Assembly (NCBI GenBank): GCA_019058295.1
Contig: JAHPZI010000008.1
Location: 98,965 to 143,211, forward strand
DNA from: Promethearchaeota archaeon
GTDB lineage: Archaea; Asgardarchaeota; Lokiarchaeia; Sigyniarchaeales; SOKP01
DNA length: 44,247 nt
Direction of reading: 5' to 3'
Part shown: positions 28,582 to 38,637 of the stretch, piece by piece
How the letters are laid out: each line of letters opens with the position of its first letter
Position numbering within the stretch: the first letter of the stretch is position 1
The notes under the pieces: model-generated
Database searches by the model: none
Seen by the model: the letters and a program-made list of their open reading frames with translations, nothing else
Told to the model about the DNA's origin: nothing
Translations under genes and position numbers: made by a program

Positions 28582-30522
28582 ATGTCATTAGATTTTGCTC
28601 TCAAGGATTTTATTAGGAAAAAGTCGCAGACCTACCCTTACGTGCTCACGATAACTTTAGTTATTGCCTTAGCAATATTTATGATATATTTTTCAACTTC
28701 TTTAGGTTTGAACTTACTTTTTCAATACCTTACTGAGGGAGAGAAAGATATTGATAATGAATATTATTTTTCAGGAGCTATAAATTCAATTTATTCTCAG
28801 TTTAATACTTTAATCCTGGGATTAATTCTATTTCTTGCGTTTGCACTTGTCGTCATTATTTCTACTACTTTAATTACGAATAAAAAAAGAGATATTGCGA
28901 TTATGAAGGCACTCGGTACTCTACCCGGCAGATTATATAGTTTTTATCTTCTCGAGGTATATATTATATTTTTTATAGGATTTGCACTAGGATTTATTTT
29001 CGGTTTAATTGCTTTTGGAATATTCTCATTGATTATGATTTTATTAGGAATGAAAGTTCTTTTTCATATTGATTTATATTATACATTAATATTGTTTTCT
29101 TCTTGTGTAATTGGTATATTTGTTATATCTGGTTTTTCCCTTAGAAAAATAGGGCACCAACAAATAACCAAATCATTTTCAAAAGATATACCTTACGTAT
29201 ATAACGCTTCAAAAAAAATGACTATTATTCCACGATGGCTTTCTAAATTAGGATTTAATTTTAAAATTGCGATTACAAATACAATAAGAAGAAAGAAAGA
29301 ATTTATTAGATTTTTATTTATATTTTCGTTGATTTTCTTATTAATTTTTACATTGGGATTAGGAACTATTGTTTTAAATTCTTCTTCTCAAGAGTGGATA
29401 AAAAAGTCTCAAGATGAAAACATTGTTATAATTGGTCATGAAGATGTTATAGACAGTTATGCAAATATGTATAAAATGTTTTCTGATCCAGAGATTTCTA
29501 TTGATGAAGATGATATTGATTTTACTGATCCAAGATACCTATTTAATATTACTCTTATATCTGAGATTTATGGGATAGATGAAATTAAAGAAATAGACCA
29601 GCGTTTGATAAAATTCTGCGACGTGAGAGAAATAGATGGTTATTATTATTCTTCGGGGGAAGAAGGTAGAGGAGGATATGAAATTGTAGGTCAAGGAAGG
29701 AAAGGTAATTATCCCATTGTAGGTGTAAATCCAGATGATATCATCCAAGATTTTGAAATTGAAGGTAGGTTTTTCGATAATGACGATTCCTATGATAATA
29801 TGACTATTGGAGATGGTTTAGCTTATAATTTCTTCGATTATCCATTTGACCAAAGTTTAAGAATTGAAGATTTAGGTCGTAAATTTCATATTTCTGGTGT
29901 TATAATTGACAGCTTTTTTGCAGGATACGCTGGATATATTGGTTTAGATATTTTTCAAGAAGATTTAAATTTCACTAACAATGAAATTAATTTCATTTTA
30001 CTGAAAATTAAAAGCAACTCCTATGATGATATTATTGAAGAACTAGAAAAAATTATTGAAAATAACTTAGGAAACGATTTTAATTCATTATTGCTGGATG
30101 CGATTTTTGAAGAAAATCTTACTTATCTATCCACTTTAACATTATATCCAATAATTTTAATTATCGTGATGAGTTTAATCTCTATTCTTTCGCTATTTAA
30201 TTACCAGAGAGCGAGCCTAATAGAAAAAGCGAAAGATTTCTTAATAATGACGGCAATTGGTGCCAAAAAAAAATCATTAAAAAAAATTCTATTTTTAGAA
30301 GCTTTATTTGTTATTATTCCGTCTCTTTTAATAAGCTTAGGAATTGGTATGATAATCAACTCAATTTTTTTAATTGATAGAGCGTATTTGCCCCCTCTAT
30401 TCATTCCTTTTATAGGAATTTCGATTCTATTTGGTATAATGATTATTTTTAATTATCTAAGTTTAATACCAATTACGAAAAGGATTGATCGGTTTTCTAT
30501 TAAAGATTTTGAGTTATATTAA
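28582..30522 (+). CDS. FtsX/MacB-like ABC permease
   Basis: KKRDIAIMKALG and KDFLIMTAIGA FtsX motifs with a large extracellular loop. Confidence 0.88.
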   Translation: MSLDFALKDFIRKKSQTYPYVLTITLVIALAIFMIYFSTSLGLNLLFQYLTEGEKDIDNEYYFSGAINSIYSQFNTLILGLILFLAFALVVIISTTLITNKKRDIAIMKALGTLPGRLYSFYLLEVYIIFFIGFALGFIFGLIAFGIFSLIMILLGMKVLFHIDLYYTLILFSSCVIGIFVISGFSLRKIGHQQITKSFSKDIPYVYNASKKMTIIPRWLSKLGFNFKIAITNTIRRKKEFIRFLFIFSLIFLLIFTLGLGTIVLNSSSQEWIKKSQDENIVIIGHEDVIDSYANMYKMFSDPEISIDEDDIDFTDPRYLFNITLISEIYGIDEIKEIDQRLIKFCDVREIDGYYYSSGEEGRGGYEIVGQGRKGNYPIVGVNPDDIIQDFEIEGRFFDNDDSYDNMTIGDGLAYNFFDYPFDQSLRIEDLGRKFHISGVIIDSFFAGYAGYIGLDIFQEDLNFTNNEINFILLKIKSNSYDDIIEELEKIIENNLGNDFNSLLLDAIFEENLTYLSTLTLYPIILIIVMSLISILSLFNYQRASLIEKAKDFLIMTAIGAKKKSLKKILFLEALFVIIPSLLISLGIGMIINSIFLIDRAYLPPLFIPFIGISILFGIMIIFNYLSLIPITKRIDRFSIKDFELY

Positions 30523-30635
30523 TAGAATTTGAATATCTATTAATAGAATAAAAACTATTTAAGAGTTAAAATTTAATAAGAAAAAAAATATGTAAATAAT
30601 GAAAATTATATCAAATAAAAAATTGAGAGTCAATC

Positions 30636-31691
30636 TTGACTGAAGATACATTAAAAATTAGAATAGATGAATTAGAACTCCAGTTGGAGTCTAAAGATAA
30701 AGAAATTATAGGGTATCTCAAAAAAATTGAGCATTTAGAAGATACAATTATAAGGTTGGAGGCTTTAATCCCAGATGAAATCAGAAAAAATTCAAAAATG
30801 AAAGGGAAAATAGAAGGGGACTCTAAATTAGCTATTGAAATAAGTGATTTAGAAAAGCAAGTCAGGGATTTAAAAGATAAAATGGGTTTTCTAAGAAAAG
30901 AAAAGATACAACTTCAACGTGAACTTGAAAAATATACGAAAAAAAATAGTAAAAGTACTGTAATAAGAATTGAAGAGAAAAAAGAGCCATTAGAGACTTT
31001 AGTAGAGGAATTAACGTTAAAAATTAACAAACAACAACAGTTAATAAAGAAGTTAAAAGCAGAGGATACAAAAGAAGAAATTGATGAGTTAAAGTCAAAA
31101 ATATTGAAATTAAATGAAGAATTAGAACAAGCCAAGTCAATCAATAAAATTAAAACTGAAGGAAAAGAGAAACATGATAAAGAGGAGTCAACATCCGCAG
31201 ATTTACAGAAAAAGATTGAGGATTTTAGTGTAGAATTAAATAAAAAAAATCTTAAAATTAAGGATTTAGAAAAAACTATTTCTACTTTAAAAGCTGCTCA
31301 AAAAGGAGGGGGGGCAAATTTAGAGGTTGAATCTTCTGAAAAAACATTAAAGGCATTATCGGAGGATTTACAACGTAAATTAAACACTGCAAAAACACAA
31401 ATTAAAAAACTACAGGAAGAGATTAAAGAATATAAAAATATGAAAGCGCCAGTTGACAAAGATTCTCAACAAGAAATAATCGACAAGTTAAGAAGTAAAT
31501 TAGAGAAGTTAACAAGTCAAAAGCAAGTGGAACATAAAATAGAAAGTCCTAGCGATCAAGCAATTATCCAAGATGACCCTAATTTAGCTCTAAGAGTGAG
31601 AGAACTTAAAAATTTTGTTGATGATTTACAGAAACAAAATGATCAACAGAGATTGGAGATTTCAACATTAAGAAAAAAAACGAGCCACTGA
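30636..31691 (+). CDS. long coiled-coil protein
   Basis: 351 aa, K/E/L-rich heptads throughout; ends 2 nt before the rnz start. Confidence 0.75.
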   Translation: MTEDTLKIRIDELELQLESKDKEIIGYLKKIEHLEDTIIRLEALIPDEIRKNSKMKGKIEGDSKLAIEISDLEKQVRDLKDKMGFLRKEKIQLQRELEKYTKKNSKSTVIRIEEKKEPLETLVEELTLKINKQQQLIKKLKAEDTKEEIDELKSKILKLNEELEQAKSINKIKTEGKEKHDKEESTSADLQKKIEDFSVELNKKNLKIKDLEKTISTLKAAQKGGGANLEVESSEKTLKALSEDLQRKLNTAKTQIKKLQEEIKEYKNMKAPVDKDSQQEIIDKLRSKLEKLTSQKQVEHKIESPSDQAIIQDDPNLALRVRELKNFVDDLQKQNDQQRLEISTLRKKTSH

Positions 31692-31693
31692 AA

Positions 31694-32674
31694 ATGGAGC
31701 TTATTATTCTTGGCTCTTCTGCCGCTATTCCTGTTAAGAATCGAAATCTACCGTCAGCTGCTTTAAAGTATAAAAATCATATTATTTTATTTGATTGTGG
31801 AGAAAATATTCAGCGCAGTTTTAACGATGCTGGATTAAAATTCAATAAACCTTTAACGATTTTAATTTCCCATTTTCATGGAGATCACATAATAGGCCTT
31901 CCTGGTTTATTGTTTAGATTTGGTTTAATTGAAAGGACAGCTCCAGTTATTATTTTTGGACCCCGAAATCTTTTTCTTTATTTATTTTTCCATAGAAAAA
32001 TACTGGGATTAAAGGCAAATTACCCAATAAAGGTTATTGAAATCGACCATGATAACAATAATTTAATTGAATTTGAGGGATTAGATTCTGAAATTCCTAA
32101 AATAACGGAAAATCTTGAAGATAATATTATATATGAAACTAATAGATTTTTTTTAAAATATGCTCTAGTTGATCATTCTATAGAGACATTCGCATACTCA
32201 TTTATTGAAAAACCTCGCTATGGTAAATTTAATCCAGAAAAAGCTAGGGAATTAGGAATTCCTGAAGGCAGACTATGGAAAAAATTGCAAAAAGGAGAAA
32301 TTATTAATTTTGAAGAAAGAACTGTTGATCCATTAAAAGAGGGCATAGTCGGAAATAAAAGACCAGGAATTAAAATTACTTATTCTGGGGATACTATGCC
32401 TTGCCAATCCTTAATAGATTTAGGCAGAGATTCTGATATTTTAATTCACGAAGCAACTTTTAGTTTTAATCTTCAACACATTGCCAACGAAAGAAAACAT
32501 TCTACTTCTGTAGATGCTGCTAACGATGCTAAAAATATGGGCGCTAAACAGTTAATATTAACCCACATCTCATCACGGTATCAAGGAGATGCGTTAAAAT
32601 TACTTGAAGAGGCAAAAGAGATATTTCCAAACACTATTTTGGCTAAGGACCTATTAAAAATTACTCTAAACTAA
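31694..32674 (+). CDS. rnz: ribonuclease Z
   Basis: LFDCGE, SHFHGDH, exosite GKF...GIPEG, YSGDT, HEATF, HST, THISSRY. Confidence 0.95.
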   Translation: MELIILGSSAAIPVKNRNLPSAALKYKNHIILFDCGENIQRSFNDAGLKFNKPLTILISHFHGDHIIGLPGLLFRFGLIERTAPVIIFGPRNLFLYLFFHRKILGLKANYPIKVIEIDHDNNNLIEFEGLDSEIPKITENLEDNIIYETNRFFLKYALVDHSIETFAYSFIEKPRYGKFNPEKARELGIPEGRLWKKLQKGEIINFEERTVDPLKEGIVGNKRPGIKITYSGDTMPCQSLIDLGRDSDILIHEATFSFNLQHIANERKHSTSVDAANDAKNMGAKQLILTHISSRYQGDALKLLEEAKEIFPNTILAKDLLKITLN

Positions 32675-32731
32675 AGTTAAATTCGAAAAAAAACATTAAA
32701 AAAAAATCAAAAATATAAGAAATGCAAATCT

Positions 32732-33601
32732 TTAACTTAAAAACTCTTTAATATTTGATATAACCAGTTCTGGTTCGTCTACCATCACCCAATGGGAAGC
32801 GTTTTCAACTCGCACGATTTTTAAATCCTTTACATAGTCTGATAAACCTTCCAGTATTTTAGGAGTCAAGGCTATATCTTTCATACCATGAATTACCAGA
32901 GTCGGAACATTTATTATTCCAGTCCAATCATCGGTTTTTGACAATGATTCAAACGTCGCCCGATAATAATTTAATCCTGCGTTTATTGCTCCTGGTTGAG
33001 ACCACGCTTCAATATATTTCTCCTTATCAAATTCACTTATCGCATTCTTTTTTTTCACCATTCCAAATACTACCATCTTTAAGAATTGAAAATCGTTATC
33101 CATTAGTTTTTTTTCACTATTAGGCTTTATAAATTCTAATATGTACGAACTAGCTTTTTGCTGAGATTTAGATTTACCAAGAGCCTTTCTCATTACTACC
33201 AAGTGAGGTCCATTGCATAATATCAATTTTTTTAGTGATTCTGGATACTTCTCTGCAAACCCCCATGCTACAGGTCCACCCCAGTCGTGTCCCGCAAGAG
33301 AAAATTTACCCAAGTTTAGCGCTTCACTTAATCTTTTGATGTCGTCAACTAGAATTTCTAGAGTGTAATTTTCAACGCCTTCTGGTTTGTCAGAAAGGTT
33401 ATATCCCCGCATATCTGGAACTATTAATCTATATTTGTCTTTTAGTCCGAGAATTATATCTCTCCACCCATACCAAAAGTCAGGAAAGCCATGTAATAAC
33501 ATTAAAGGTTCTCCTGAACCAATTATAACGGTGTGAAGTTTTATTCCATTAATTTCTACAAATCTTTCTTCCATTTCATTAAATATTTCCATTAATATCA
33601 A
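32732..33601 (-). CDS. alpha/beta hydrolase, epoxide hydrolase-like
   Basis: HGFP, DMRGYNLS, GHDWGG (Asp nucleophile), NYYRA, SHWV. Confidence 0.9.
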   Translation of the reverse strand: MILMEIFNEMEERFVEINGIKLHTVIIGSGEPLMLLHGFPDFWYGWRDIILGLKDKYRLIVPDMRGYNLSDKPEGVENYTLEILVDDIKRLSEALNLGKFSLAGHDWGGPVAWGFAEKYPESLKKLILCNGPHLVVMRKALGKSKSQQKASSYILEFIKPNSEKKLMDNDFQFLKMVVFGMVKKKNAISEFDKEKYIEAWSQPGAINAGLNYYRATFESLSKTDDWTGIINVPTLVIHGMKDIALTPKILEGLSDYVKDLKIVRVENASHWVMVDEPELVISNIKEFLS

Positions 33602-34064
33602 AACCTTAAGAATCTTTTAAAAGATAGAGAATAGTTTTCCTTATAATTTTATTATAATTCTTTTATAAATTTGAATTCTTAGAAAAATCGTTTACTTTAA
33701 ATTATTAAATTATTACTCAGTGTTTTTTTAAAAAACCTATTTTTTATGATTTTTCCATGATGCAACCAAAATCTAAAAATATTTTATCCTTTTCATTTAA
33801 CGATTTACAAGTTGATCATTTTAAAGAGTATAGATTTGCTAAAAATTTAAAAGATTTAAAAAAAAAGGAAAAAAAAATTGCATTTGATATATTAATTAAG
33901 GAATTTCATTTACTATAGATGATGTATTATAACAGTATAATTTAAGAAGAAGTAAAAAAACTGAATCTAAACAATTGTCCATTCTCTATTTATTAATTCT
34001 AAAACTAGTAGATAAATTTTTAAAAATGAGAGATAAAAAAGATTTATTAATTGGCTCTAAACCC

Positions 34065-34274
34065 CTATTCTCCACCTGCAATGTGCGGAAGTATTACTAT
34101 CTCATCATCCGCTGTTATTTTTTGATCCTCGGTTGCCTTCTTCCCATTAATGAGAATACCGAAGTATTTTCCTTCTAAATTCAATTCTTTTAGAAGGGCT
34201 TTAACAGTCATCGTTCTTTCTGGGGTGAATGTTTCATAAATTCCGGTTTCTAACAATTCTGAGACTTGTTTCAT
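34065..34274 (-). CDS. MoaD/ThiS/SAMP ubiquitin-like protein ending GG-E
   Basis: TVKALLKEL, ILING, DEIVILPHIAGG beta-grasp pattern; ends ggt gga gaa tag. Confidence 0.82.
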   Translation of the reverse strand: MKQVSELLETGIYETFTPERTMTVKALLKELNLEGKYFGILINGKKATEDQKITADDEIVILPHIAGGE

Positions 34275-34546
34275 TCTTTTTATACCATCCTTAGTAATGT
34301 AATTTATATATTTATTATAAGAAAATGTTCATTTAAATAATTAATCACATCAATAATATTTTATAGTTATCGTTTAGAATTATAAGTTCACAGCATATAC
34401 ATTAATGTAAAATAAATTAATTCTTTCGGAATTGCATTCTCGTTGTTTTTAAGAGGTTAAAACTAATTCTGAAAAACCATTTCTTTTTATTTTTCAATTA
34501 ATTTTAATATGTGATCTTTACTTAGTTTTAATGAGTTGATCTTAAA

Positions 34547-36232
34547 ATTCTTGAGGAAGAAGAGGATTACAGTGATTACACAGATTTTTTAGAGCGTCTA
34601 AGAGATTACGTTGGAAATATAAAAAAAATTAGTGATAAAAACAAAAAGAAAGATTTAAATCAACAGCTTGTCAAAATATCAATTGATTTTTCAAATAAAC
34701 TTACTGAAGCAGGAGATATTTGGGAGGCAGGAGAGTTTATAAATTCCACAGCCGGAATACTAGAAGAGCTTGATTATTCTTTCGCTCTTGAATTATACAA
34801 GCATAATATTAAATTATGGGAGAAATTAATAGAGAATTTTATCATTCAAGCTAAACTACACGAAATTGCTGAGATTTATTTAAAAATCGCTGATATTTAT
34901 GATGAAAAATTACAGGACGACAAATCAAAGAAGGAAAACTTATTAAAAAGTATCCAGTATTTGAACGAAGAAAACAAACTTTTAAGCGATTTTAATGATA
35001 CAAGTAACTTTGGAACTAGAAAACTGACTCAAAATTATCAAAATATAGCGGAATTATACGTAAAATCGTCTAATTTTGAAAAAGCTATTAAAACTTACGA
35101 ACAAGTCATTGAGTTCGCAAAAAGTTATAATTATTACGATATTTTGTCGTTTTCTTATCAGCAAATCTCCCTTTGTTACAAGGAATTAGACAATTATAAC
35201 CAATCTAAAAATATTATTTTAGATGGAATAGATTTTTTCTCAAATTTATTTCATGAATTTGAAGAAATGAATATAAATTTAGGGTTAGCTCAAATATGTC
35301 AGATATTAAAAAATCTCTATAATCTACTGGATGATAAAGATCAATATCTTAATTATACTAAAAGAGAAGCAGGTGCATATATCAATTTAGCAGAAAGCCT
35401 AGAAAAAAATACACAGAATTTTCAAAAAATTGCCAGTTATTATCGAGGAGCAGGATTATGTTATAAAGAAATTAAAAATAATTTAATTGAATCCGCTTCG
35501 TGTTTTGTGTTAGCGGGAAATTACATTGAAAAAGTTGAAGATTTTTCCGAAGCGGCAGAGAATTTTATTAATGCGGCAAATATTTTTAAGGATTTAAATA
35601 ATTTTGAAATGGCTTATAAGCATTTAGTAAAAGCAGGAGATAATTTTTGGAAAATCGGGGATTTAAATCAATCGACTGAATGTTATTTAAACGCATACGA
35701 TATAGCAGTTGAAGGAAGCCTTGAATTTAACCGATATGGAATATTTAATCAGATTATCCAAGGATTGAGTAAAATTGCGAAAGAAGGAGTGAAGAATAAA
35801 AAATTTTACACATCAGCCACACTTATTTTAGAAAGTATAAAATTTTACGAGCAATTAGATATTGCACAAGATATTTTTTTAAGGCAAATGGTTCGATCTG
35901 TGTATAGATATTATTATAGAGCCGCAAATTTAAAGAAAATCGGATACTCACACATAGTCCATTCTTATGTATGCGCTTCCATATCAAGTATTCTTAATGG
36001 GAAATTATCTCAGGCATGGAAAATTATGTCAGAAATTGAGTCTGATGGGAACACAATTAAAAAATATAAAGAAATGGTTAAGTTGATAATTGATTGGGTT
36101 AATGATGGTAAGAAAGTGAGATTTAAAAAATTCCCATATAATATAAGGAGAATAATTGAAGGCTCAGAAGAAATTATGTACTTGCTTGGATTATTTAAAA
36201 ATCTCCAACCCCCTACTAATATACTCTCCTAA
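34547..36232 (+). CDS. TPR/alpha-SNAP-like helical repeat protein, ~561 aa (true start upstream of the ORF-track start 34961)
   Basis: Frame is stop-free from 34535; repeats such as EAAENFINAANIFKDLNNFEMAYKHLVKAG resemble SNAP-type TPRs. Start position uncertain. Confidence 0.7.
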   Translation: MLEEEEDYSDYTDFLERLRDYVGNIKKISDKNKKKDLNQQLVKISIDFSNKLTEAGDIWEAGEFINSTAGILEELDYSFALELYKHNIKLWEKLIENFIIQAKLHEIAEIYLKIADIYDEKLQDDKSKKENLLKSIQYLNEENKLLSDFNDTSNFGTRKLTQNYQNIAELYVKSSNFEKAIKTYEQVIEFAKSYNYYDILSFSYQQISLCYKELDNYNQSKNIILDGIDFFSNLFHEFEEMNINLGLAQICQILKNLYNLLDDKDQYLNYTKREAGAYINLAESLEKNTQNFQKIASYYRGAGLCYKEIKNNLIESASCFVLAGNYIEKVEDFSEAAENFINAANIFKDLNNFEMAYKHLVKAGDNFWKIGDLNQSTECYLNAYDIAVEGSLEFNRYGIFNQIIQGLSKIAKEGVKNKKFYTSATLILESIKFYEQLDIAQDIFLRQMVRSVYRYYYRAANLKKIGYSHIVHSYVCASISSILNGKLSQAWKIMSEIESDGNTIKKYKEMVKLIIDWVNDGKKVRFKKFPYNIRRIIEGSEEIMYLLGLFKNLQPPTNILS

Positions 36233-36249
36233 ATTTTTACAAAAGAAAA

Positions 36250-36903
36250 TTGATGAAATATAATAAAATTGTCTTAAGTTTCGATTTAGATTTTACTCTC
36301 ATCGATAATATAGAAGGAATTATAAATTCTTTTAATTATGCTCTACAAAAGTTCAATCTACCAAAGTTAGATAGATTAGAAATTGAGAAAACGATAGGAA
36401 TGCCTTTAGATGATGTGTTTCCTCGATTTTCTAATATAGCTCCTTCCATATTAAAATCTGCCTTTCGAGAATATTATAGCTCGAAGGGGATTTACCAAGT
36501 AAGGTTATTTTCAGGAGTAGAAAATAAATTGAAGGAGCTAAAAGAATCGTTTATCTTAGGAGTAATTACTTCGAAGAAGGAGGAGATCGCCGTAAATTTG
36601 CTGAAATACTTAAAAATTGATACCTTTTTTGATTATATCTTAGGAGAAACCGAATCTCGAAAAAGAAAGACTGATCCAAAGCTGAAAGATTATTTGTTCA
36701 AAAAATATCCCGACTGCAATTTTGTTATTATTGGAGACCATCCTAAGGATAGGGAACTCGCAGAAATGTTGAATTGTCCGTTTATTGGAGTTTTAACGGG
36801 ATCCCACAATCAAAAACAATTAAAGCGGGATGATAATTCGAATGTTTTAATTCTAAAAAGCGTGAATGATATAACTATTGATTTAATAAATTCTCTATTT
36901 TAA
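36250..36903 (+). CDS. HAD-family phosphatase (phosphoglycolate phosphatase-like)
   Basis: FDLDFTL, GVITSK, K, IGDHPKD motifs. Confidence 0.88.
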   Translation: MMKYNKIVLSFDLDFTLIDNIEGIINSFNYALQKFNLPKLDRLEIEKTIGMPLDDVFPRFSNIAPSILKSAFREYYSSKGIYQVRLFSGVENKLKELKESFILGVITSKKEEIAVNLLKYLKIDTFFDYILGETESRKRKTDPKLKDYLFKKYPDCNFVIIGDHPKDRELAEMLNCPFIGVLTGSHNQKQLKRDDNSNVLILKSVNDITIDLINSLF

Positions 36904-36958
36904 AATACACATAAATGAATTTTTAAAAAAAAGAAAGTAAAAAAATGATTTATTAAAC

Positions 36959-38407
36959 TCAGCGTTCAGCGTACTCTTTCATATCTTTTTCAGGATCCCA
37001 TCGAGTATCATAGAATTTTTTTATACCTGAGCTGTCTCGTGGCCCAACTAATACAACAGCATCAGCTTCATCTTCTAGAGCACCACTTAATCTAGCAGCC
37101 ATACCAGGAATTATTAGTATTCTATGTTTCACTTTATCAAATGCCTTGAATTCTTGTACGGCTTCAGCTATGGCTGTCGCATTAAATTGTCCTCCCGCGA
37201 CAGCAGACTCGATCCCGATTCCTTCGCTATTAACCACTAAGAGCCAACTATCAAGATTTGCTCCTTTAATGTCAATCTCGACAGGAATTTTAGTTAATCG
37301 ATAATTTGAAGTAACAAAAATAGGAGCCATATCCCCAGGCTCTCCAATTTGAATTAAGCCAGGATCTGCTGTTGGATATATTCGTGGATCAGAGAATATA
37401 CTTTGGCGTAAAGTCATTAACGCCAATAAAGCCCAGATATCGTCTTTCTTTTTACCAGTATGTAATACAATTAGAGATGTATCAATTGATTCCATTATTG
37501 CTCCCATAATAATCTCTTGATATTGATGAGTCCATAAATCTCCTTGACTAGTGTCCATTTGAACCCAATAAGCTGCTGGAACACCCATTACTGGCCAACA
37601 AGCGTTGGAATCCTCCTTATCAATAGCAGCATTTCTTAATTGTAGAATATTATCGTAAGTAAATGCTAATTTACCAGGTCCAAAGAAGGTTCCCGGATCT
37701 AAAACGATTTCTTTTGCGCCTAATTTTTGTAATGTCGCACTTAAAGAAATTAGTTCATCCAAATCACTTGATACAGCCGCAATTGGTAAATTATTTTGTA
37801 CGGCAAAAGTTCCAACTTGTTCCCATGAATCTTTAGTTGCAGCATATAATAAAGGTTTTTTATCTTTTATTTCAGTGGCACCAGCTAGTAAGATCTCTGG
37901 ATTAGTTATGCAACATAACATAATTGGAAGAGCCGTTATTTCTGAAATCTTCTTCGCAGCAAGTTTAAATTGGTCAATGTCTCCAGAAACACATCTCAAT
38001 GCTATACCATTAATTCTAAGAACATCTCCCATTCTTTCAATTTTTAAATCAGTTAAATACTTAATAATTTCTTCTAAATCAGGATTATCGTCCGCAATTT
38101 CCATAAAAATAGCTGTTTCATTGTAATACGTAAGTTGATGTCTCATAAGGACTTCTTCTCCGCCCACAATACAAGCTCGCTCACCTACACCAATAATTAC
38201 TGGTTTTTGTGGAGGAGTTGTAATTTCTCTCAATTTTGCAAGGTTTTTAGCTTGCTTTGGTTGTTGCATAAGATGAGTACAATCTTCTAATGTAACTTTT
38301 CTTTCTAAAAGATCCGTCGCCATAGCCATGCAAGTGGCGTAGCCACACTCGCCACAATTAGATTTATCTAAAAGAGCGTATATATCTAACGGTGAAGGTC
38401 TTGCCAT
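36959..38407 (-). CDS. cdhE: corrinoid Fe-S protein large (gamma) subunit of ACDS
   Basis: NCGECGYATCMAMA..C, GGEEVLMRH, LDPG, LRQSIFSDP, VTSNY, IPGMAARLSGALED, VGPRDSS. Confidence 0.92.
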   Translation of the reverse strand: MARPSPLDIYALLDKSNCGECGYATCMAMATDLLERKVTLEDCTHLMQQPKQAKNLAKLREITTPPQKPVIIGVGERACIVGGEEVLMRHQLTYYNETAIFMEIADDNPDLEEIIKYLTDLKIERMGDVLRINGIALRCVSGDIDQFKLAAKKISEITALPIMLCCITNPEILLAGATEIKDKKPLLYAATKDSWEQVGTFAVQNNLPIAAVSSDLDELISLSATLQKLGAKEIVLDPGTFFGPGKLAFTYDNILQLRNAAIDKEDSNACWPVMGVPAAYWVQMDTSQGDLWTHQYQEIIMGAIMESIDTSLIVLHTGKKKDDIWALLALMTLRQSIFSDPRIYPTADPGLIQIGEPGDMAPIFVTSNYRLTKIPVEIDIKGANLDSWLLVVNSEGIGIESAVAGGQFNATAIAEAVQEFKAFDKVKHRILIIPGMAARLSGALEDEADAVVLVGPRDSSGIKKFYDTRWDPEKDMKEYAER

Positions 38408-38637
38408 TAATATTCTCCTTTAAATGATATTTAATATTTTTATATAGGTTAATTATGGAGATAATTAAAAATTTGCTTAAAAATCTAAAGACAAAATAAT
38501 CATTACCTTTCTAAAAATTATAATTATCGATCTAAAAACAGATGAAGCATTTTTTTATTTAAAACTATTTATAAGACTTGCCAGTTCGAAAATCATGAAT
38601 TTTTGTTTTTGTATAATCATTAAAGCCCGGATTAAAC

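Noticed and set aside
27772-30522. ABC/FtsX transporter as exporter of the Cys-rich peptide
   Set aside because: About 15 kb away with many unrelated genes between and no peptidase domain; nothing links them.
33757-33918. 53-aa ORF MMQPKSKNILSFSF...EFHLL on the + strand
   Set aside because: No motif, no SD-like sequence, and it runs through poly-A tracts; cannot be distinguished from a chance ORF without homologues.
36959-38407. HgcA mercury methylase
   Set aside because: Lacks the N(V/I)WCA(A/G)GK cap helix and C-terminal TM domain; has the N-terminal Fe-S and TIM-barrel regions of true CdhE.
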